The notes beneath the pieces were generated by a model. The model had not been told where the DNA came from. It made no database searches and saw only the letters and a program-made list of their open reading frames with translations. A DNA stretch of 64,000 nt, taken from an uncultured candidate division Zixibacteria bacterium (GTDB taxonomy: Bacteria > Zixibacteria > MSB-5A5 > GN15 > FEB-12). Of the stretch, positions 58,555 to 64,000 are shown one piece after another. The DNA lies in assembly GCA_963735035.1 (NCBI GenBank), contig CAVTJJ010000004.1:960001-1024000 (forward strand), given 5' to 3'. The first letter of the stretch is position 1. Each line of letters opens with the position of its first letter. Both the position numbers and the translations under genes were made by a program.

Positions 58555-58742
58555 TCGATCCAGGTGGCTGTCGCGCAATAGGTTGAATGGTTCCGCCAGT
58601 TCCCGGTCGCGATGATCGGGAACTTCGCTCGTAATTCTACGATATATTCATTGGCGGGCGCGACTAACAGCCAACCGGGTGACTAAAATTGTTGATCCGT
58701 GGGTCGCCTCGTCGTATCGGTTCGGCCGAAGGATACTGAAAA

Positions 58743-59603
58743 ATGAATACGATTAAAGTTACGATGATGATGCTGGTTCTGATGGCCCTGTTTGTGGCCG
58801 TCGGATATATGGTTGGTGGCGAAGGCGGCATGGTGATGGCGTTTGTCCTGGCCGCCGTCGTGAATTTTATCTCCTACTGGTTTTCGGACAAGATGGTCCT
58901 GTCGATGTACAAAGCCCGCGAGGTAAAGGAAGCTGATCATCCGCGTCTTTTCCGGGTAGTAAGTCGGGTAGCGGCTCAGGCCATGTTGCCCACCTCGCCG
59001 AAAGTGTACATCGTTCCTACTCGGGCTCCCAACGCCTTTGCTACCGGTCGCGATGCCGATCACGCTGCGATAGCGGTGTCTGAAGGATTGCTCGAACTGC
59101 TCACTGAAGATGAACTTGAGGGCGTGATCGGTCACGAAATCTCTCACGTAACCAACCGGGATATTTTGGTCGGCATGATTGCGGCCACCTTCGCAAGCGC
59201 GATTGGTACGCTTGCTTTTATGGCTCGGATGGGGGCCATATTCGGCGGCATGTCGAACCGCGACAATGACCGGGGTGGCGTGATTGGAATGCTGGTCGCG
59301 GCGATTGTCGCGCCGCTCGTGGCCATGATCATACAGACCGCCATTTCCCGCCAGCGCGAGTACAAAGCCGACGCCGAAGGTGGGCGCATTACCGGAAAAT
59401 ATCTGTCGCTGGCCTCAGCTCTCGATAAACTGCACCGCTCGCCGATTCGAATGAATCTCGATGATCGTCCCGCGACCGCGCATCTGATGATCGCCAATCC
59501 GCTTTCGGGGCGGAGCTTCACTAATCTTTTTTCAACCCATCCGCCGGTGCAGGAGCGGATCAAACGGCTGCGCGAAATGGCGCAGATGCCGCCTCATGGA
59601 TGA
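58743..59603 (+). CDS. htpX: Zinc metalloprotease HtpX
   Basis: PNAFATGR, HEISH, ISRQREYKAD, FSTHPP. Confidence 0.95.
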   Translation: MNTIKVTMMMLVLMALFVAVGYMVGGEGGMVMAFVLAAVVNFISYWFSDKMVLSMYKAREVKEADHPRLFRVVSRVAAQAMLPTSPKVYIVPTRAPNAFATGRDADHAAIAVSEGLLELLTEDELEGVIGHEISHVTNRDILVGMIAATFASAIGTLAFMARMGAIFGGMSNRDNDRGGVIGMLVAAIVAPLVAMIIQTAISRQREYKADAEGGRITGKYLSLASALDKLHRSPIRMNLDDRPATAHLMIANPLSGRSFTNLFSTHPPVQERIKRLREMAQMPPHG

Positions 59604-59665
59604 GCCGGGTGACACCAGGCCAGGCGACCTTGTTCGACAACCATCAATGACGCCGGGGTCGTGAC

Positions 59666-60979
59666 ATGGATCGCGACCTATTTGTCGAACTCCTGGCGAT
59701 CTTTCTCCTGATTCTGGCCAACGGTCTGTTTGTGCTGGCGGAATTTGCGATTATTTCCAGTCGAAGCAGCAGGTTGGCTCAGAAGTCATACGAAAGGAAG
59801 TGGGGTGCGCTGAAAGCCCGCTGGCTCCGCTCCGACATGGATCGGTTCCTGGCGTCGATGCAGGTCGGCATCACTCTGGTCACCGCTTTGTTAGGAGTCT
59901 TTTCCGGAGCTACCGTGGTTGACCGAGTGCAGGCCCTGTTGGCACAGTCGCCCATTGGACTGATTTCGAGATCAGCACCGTCCATAGCTGTCGGCCTGGT
60001 TGTCGTGGGGATCACGATCTTGTCGGTATTGCTCGGCGAATTGGTGCCGAAGTACATTGCCCTGACCTACCCGGAACGGTATGCCCGATATGTGTCAGGC
60101 CCGGTCGGCCTCTTCGTCACCCTGACCTCGCCGTTTGCGCGCGTGTTCAGTTGGGTCGCCAATCGGATCGTTCGATTGCTCGGGTTGAAGAAGGTCGAGC
60201 ATCAAGTGACGGAAGAAGAAATCAACCACATGGTTCTGGAGGGCCTGCACGGCGGGATTTTTGATCATACCGAGCACGAGTTTGTTCGTTCGGTGTTCGA
60301 TTTCGCTGATTCGACGGCCCGTCGCGCCATGACTCCGAGGCCCGATGTTATCGCGCTGGAACGGTCGCTCGATTCCAACGAGATCCTTCGAATCGTCCGC
60401 GAACAGGAATACAGCCGGTACCCTGTCTGCGAGGATACGATCGACCACGTGGTGGGCATCATCCACACCAAGGATTTGCTTGAACCACAGGTCGATCTGA
60501 ACCGGATCGATCTGGGAACGCTCGTTCGTCCTGCCCTCTTTGTTCCTGATTCGATGCCGTTGCCGAAGCTGCTCAAGGAGTTCCAGCGCGGCCGGAATCA
60601 CATGGCGATTGTTCTGGATGAATATGGCGGCACCGCCGGAATTATCACGATTGAAGATATTCTGGAAGAGCTGGTCGGCGAGATTCAGGACGAGTACGAT
60701 ACCGAACCTGCGCCGCTGGTGAGACAATCCGACACTATTCTGTTCGCCGATGGCGACGTTTGGCCGGGCGACGCCAACGAAGTCATTGACTGCCATCTGC
60801 CCGAAGACGAACACGACACGCTGGCCGGGCTGATCATGAAAACTCTCGGGCGGCTGCCCGACAAGTACGAATCGGTTGATATAGCCGACACCCGGTTGAC
60901 CGTCCTCGCCAAGAGCGAAAACCGCATTATCCGAATCAAAGTGCAGAAAGTAGTTCACGAGAGCCGCGAAGACGCCTGA
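59666..60979 (+). CDS. CNNM/CorC (hemolysin-family) CBS-domain membrane protein
   Basis: NGLFVLAEFA, QVGIT, GELVPK, MTPR, YSRYPV, LDEYGGTAG, EDILEELVGEIQDEYD. Confidence 0.93.
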   Translation: MDRDLFVELLAIFLLILANGLFVLAEFAIISSRSSRLAQKSYERKWGALKARWLRSDMDRFLASMQVGITLVTALLGVFSGATVVDRVQALLAQSPIGLISRSAPSIAVGLVVVGITILSVLLGELVPKYIALTYPERYARYVSGPVGLFVTLTSPFARVFSWVANRIVRLLGLKKVEHQVTEEEINHMVLEGLHGGIFDHTEHEFVRSVFDFADSTARRAMTPRPDVIALERSLDSNEILRIVREQEYSRYPVCEDTIDHVVGIIHTKDLLEPQVDLNRIDLGTLVRPALFVPDSMPLPKLLKEFQRGRNHMAIVLDEYGGTAGIITIEDILEELVGEIQDEYDTEPAPLVRQSDTILFADGDVWPGDANEVIDCHLPEDEHDTLAGLIMKTLGRLPDKYESVDIADTRLTVLAKSENRIIRIKVQKVVHESREDA

Positions 60980-61163
60980 GCCTACCAGGCTACGTCGCGA
61001 TCTCAGTGGGCGGCAGACGTCCTCGTCTGCCCCTTGACGCGGGGTACACGAGGATCCGCCGCGGCGGGCCGCTCTCTAAATGGATCCGCAGCTTAGATGC
61101 CCATTTCATAATAGTGCCCGGCAGATGTCCACATCTGCCGGCTCGTATTAAGTCCGCCGAATT

Positions 61164-61220
61164 GAGATTGCCACGCTACGATGTCTCCCCAAACGACGGG
61201 CCATCTACACTCGCAATAAC
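61164..61220 (-). repeat. Degenerate monomer of the GTCATTGCGAG…GCAATCTC repeat
   Basis: GAGATTGCCACGCTACGATG…CATCTACACTCGCAATAAC is the reverse complement of the 4319/33218-type unit. Confidence 0.7.
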
Positions 61221-61300
61221 GCTGAAAAAGGGCCCCCAGCAGGTCAGCTATCATAAATTCGGACTACGCATCGAGTCTCAGTTTTTCGTACCTTTAATAT

Positions 61301-62215
61301 ATGACGAATGGACATCACCACCCGGTTTCCGGCCAGCGCCTGTTTTGGACAATTGTCCTCAACGCGATAATCACGCTGGCTGAATTCGTTGCTGGATTGA
61401 TGTCGGGTTACCTCGCACTTACGGCCGATGCTGTCCACAATCTTTCCGATGTCGCCGCGCTCGTTCTGGCCTGGCTGGGAGTAAAGGGTTCGCAACGGCC
61501 CGCTACTAAGCGGTCTACCTATGGCTATAAGCGCGTAGAGGTTATGACAGCGTTTGTATCGGCGGTGGCGCTGGTAGTAATCGCTCTGTTTATCATCTGG
61601 TCAGCATACCATCGATTTCTCCAGCCTCAGGCGGTTGAAATGCCGGTGCTATTTATGACGGTCGCCGCGATTGGTCTTCTGGGAAATTTGGCGTCAGTTG
61701 GCCTGCTTCTTCGCGAGAAAGACAAGTCGCTCAATCTCAAGACAGCTTTTTTGCACATGGCCTACGATACTCTGTCGTCGGTAGTAGTGCTCTTAGGCGG
61801 GGTAGTGATTCTACTCACGGGCTGGACCCTGATCGATCCGATTCTCTCGGTCGCTATCGCAGTGATGATCTTCTGGTCATCCTATCTGGTCATCAAAGAG
61901 GCAATGCTGATCCTGATGGAGGCCGTGCCGCCGGGAATCGATTTCGACGAAGTCCACCGAGCCATCGAGAAGGTGGATGGCGTGTGCGACGTCCACCATC
62001 TCCACATTTGGTCGCTCTCGTCTTACGAAATCGCACTCTCTTGTCACGTCGCCGTGTCCGAGGAAAGCTTCACGGGAACGACACGCATCACCGCTGAAAT
62101 TGATCGTCTCATGCACGATCGGTTCGGTATCGGTCATTCGACCATTCAAATTGAACATCAGGAATGTGGCCGGCCGGGTTTGCTGTGTGATCCCGATCAT
62201 CGTCACGCCGACTAA
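61301..62215 (+). CDS. Cation diffusion facilitator (CzcD/ZitB-like Zn/Co/Cd exporter)
   Basis: ADAVHNLSD, TYGYKRVE, AFLHMAYD, HHLHIWSL, HSTIQIE. Confidence 0.95.
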   Translation: MTNGHHHPVSGQRLFWTIVLNAIITLAEFVAGLMSGYLALTADAVHNLSDVAALVLAWLGVKGSQRPATKRSTYGYKRVEVMTAFVSAVALVVIALFIIWSAYHRFLQPQAVEMPVLFMTVAAIGLLGNLASVGLLLREKDKSLNLKTAFLHMAYDTLSSVVVLLGGVVILLTGWTLIDPILSVAIAVMIFWSSYLVIKEAMLILMEAVPPGIDFDEVHRAIEKVDGVCDVHHLHIWSLSSYEIALSCHVAVSEESFTGTTRITAEIDRLMHDRFGIGHSTIQIEHQECGRPGLLCDPDHRHAD

Positions 62216-63570
62216 TGCAGGAAAAACAACTTCATCAACTCATCATCGAAGATCTCGCCTTTGACGGCAAGGCGGTGGCGCATCTGGACGGGAAAGTCGT
62301 CTTCCTCGACGCCGGTCTGCCCGGTGAAACCGTACTGGCCGAGATAACGCTCTCGCGACCGCGCTACAGTCAAGGGCTGGTGAGGGATATAGTTACGCGT
62401 TCACCGCGACGCATCGACGCGGCCTGCACCCATTTTGGAGTTTGTGGCGGCTGTTCTTGGCAGGACCTGGATTACTCCGAGCAGTTGGCGTTCAAGAAAC
62501 GACACGTCGTCGAATGCATCGCCCGTATCGGCGCCATCAAGGACGCGGTCGTTCACGACGTTATCCCGTCGGAGAATGTCTTCGCCTACCGCAACAAGAT
62601 GGAGTTTTCGTTTCACGCCCTGGGCGATGACCGTTTCCACCTGGGATTGCACCGACGCGGGCGGTTCGATGACATCTTCGATCTCGAAGCCTGTCTGCTT
62701 CAGGATGAGACCGCCAATCGGATAGTCTCGTACGTGCGAGAGTTCGTGAAGCGCGAACATCTGCCGATCTATGACGTCACTCTGCACACCGGCTACATGC
62801 GTTTTCTCGTAATCCGCCGGGGCGTTCGTACTGGACAGGTGATGGTTTTCGTGGTGACCAACCGGGGAGATTTTACCGCGTCAGATAAGCTGGTGTCCGA
62901 ATTGCACGAGGCGTTTCCGCAGGTGGCGACGATTGTCCACGGGCAGACCGGAAGCAAATCGAATATCGCCGTCGCCGAGGTTGAGACGGTGCTCTACGGT
63001 CCTGGCTATATTGAAGAGATGCTCCTCGGCATGACGTTCCGCATTCGGGCCAGTTCGTTCTTTCAAACGAACACGGTGCAGGCGGAGCGTTTGTATGAGG
63101 CCGGATTCGATCTCCTTCAGCCTCAACCGACTGACCGTCTGCTGGACCTCTACTGCGGGACCGGGGCGATCGGGCTGTTGCTGGCTCCTAAAGTGGCGCA
63201 GGTAGTCGGGGTGGAACTGGTTCCTGATGCCGTGGTGGCGGCCGGCCAGAACGCGACTCTCAATAGTGTCCAGAACATTACGTTCATAGAGGCCAACGTC
63301 ACCGATTTTCTGCGAAGCGGCGTCCCCGAAGTGACCGATTGCACTGCGGTGATTCTCGATCCCCCGAGGGCCGGCCTGCATCCGAAAGTACTGAAACGCT
63401 TAATAGCTGCGCCCCCTGCGAAGTTGCTGCATTTCTCCTGCAACCCGGCCACTTTTGCCCGCGACGCTCAGGCGTTGATCGGCTCCGGCTATAGGATGTC
63501 CGAAGTGCGCCCGGTTGATATGTTTCCCCACACCCGGCATATTGAACTGGCCGCGCTGTTCACACGCTGA
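62215..63570 (+). CDS. rlmD: 23S rRNA (uracil-1939-C5)-methyltransferase
   Basis: TRAM domain, C-x5-CGGC Fe-S motif, YRNKMEF, FFQTN, DLYCGTG, DPPRAG, SCNPAT, DMFPHTRHIE. Confidence 0.93.
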   Translation: MQEKQLHQLIIEDLAFDGKAVAHLDGKVVFLDAGLPGETVLAEITLSRPRYSQGLVRDIVTRSPRRIDAACTHFGVCGGCSWQDLDYSEQLAFKKRHVVECIARIGAIKDAVVHDVIPSENVFAYRNKMEFSFHALGDDRFHLGLHRRGRFDDIFDLEACLLQDETANRIVSYVREFVKREHLPIYDVTLHTGYMRFLVIRRGVRTGQVMVFVVTNRGDFTASDKLVSELHEAFPQVATIVHGQTGSKSNIAVAEVETVLYGPGYIEEMLLGMTFRIRASSFFQTNTVQAERLYEAGFDLLQPQPTDRLLDLYCGTGAIGLLLAPKVAQVVGVELVPDAVVAAGQNATLNSVQNITFIEANVTDFLRSGVPEVTDCTAVILDPPRAGLHPKVLKRLIAAPPAKLLHFSCNPATFARDAQALIGSGYRMSEVRPVDMFPHTRHIELAALFTR

Positions 63571-63632
63571 TTCATTTGTTGCGCCCACCGTCATGAACTC
63601 GGTAAATTAGCCGTCTTAACAATGGAGGTTTG

Positions 63633-64000
63633 ATGGTCCGCTGGATTTTGACAACGCTGAGTACGCTGGCTTTGGTGATTACAACCGCGGGGGATATCTC
63701 CGCCGCCCGGACCAAAGAATCTTACGACAAGTTGACCACGGAAATTCTGGAAACGCTTCAGGCCTACTACCCGGTTCAGGCCACCGAAAAAGGCATCCAT
63801 GCCTACGATCACAGTCTGGCCGATTTTTCGTCAGGTGCGGTAAAGCAGATGCGCAGCAAGCTGACCAATTTCAGTGAAAGGCTGTACCAGTACCGTAACT
63901 TCGCGTTTGATACTGCCGACGCCATCGATTTCAAGTTGATCCGCTCCAATGTAGAGACCGCTCTGCTCGACCTGAAAGAAATCAAGTGGCACGAACGGTC
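63633..64000 (+). CDS. DUF885-like exported protein (3' partial)
   Basis: GGAGG RBS and ATG 63633, signal peptide, YPVQATEKGIHAYDHSLADFS motif; frame open to the window end. Confidence 0.65.
   Translation, partial: MVRWILTTLSTLALVITTAGDISAARTKESYDKLTTEILETLQAYYPVQATEKGIHAYDHSLADFSSGAVKQMRSKLTNFSERLYQYRNFAFDTADAIDFKLIRSNVETALLDLKEIKWHER

Overview
Bacterial chromosomal window of 64 kb, probably from candidate division Zixibacteria or another FCB-group lineage. That assignment is inferred from four Cys-bracketed dockerin-like C-terminal domains and two T9SS-type 'QNYPNPFNP' sorting domains. Core genes include gyrA, lptB-rpoN-glpX-hpf, lpoB, htpX, rlmD, tRNA-Arg(ACG), and an OmpR-family two-component pair divergent from an ABC exporter operon. 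These are interleaved with large secreted modular proteins and intergenic regions dense in palindromic REP-like repeats (GTAG-, CGTC- and GGGT-tagged families). The main points of interest are: (1) an IS110/IS1111-type element inserted in a REP hairpin, whose downstream non-coding end contains readable target- and donor-matching guide loops (bridge/seek RNA) and whose ends would form a TTGACA-17bp-TATGAT promoter on circularisation; (2) a 97-aa GIY-YIG nuclease gene tightly enclosed by inverted GTCATTGCGAG...GCAATCTC repeats that also occur gene-less elsewhere and as a 27-bp tandem amplification; (3) short same-strand ORFs bracketed by direct-repeated REPs, resembling a cassette array; (4) an IS481 inserted in the loop of another REP with a 10-bp target duplication; (5) a possible non-cellulosomal cohesin/dockerin surface complex secreted by T9SS. 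Three genes carry five apparent +1 frameshifts that look like sequencing indels. All assignments come from reading the sequence and recalled motifs; no searches were run.
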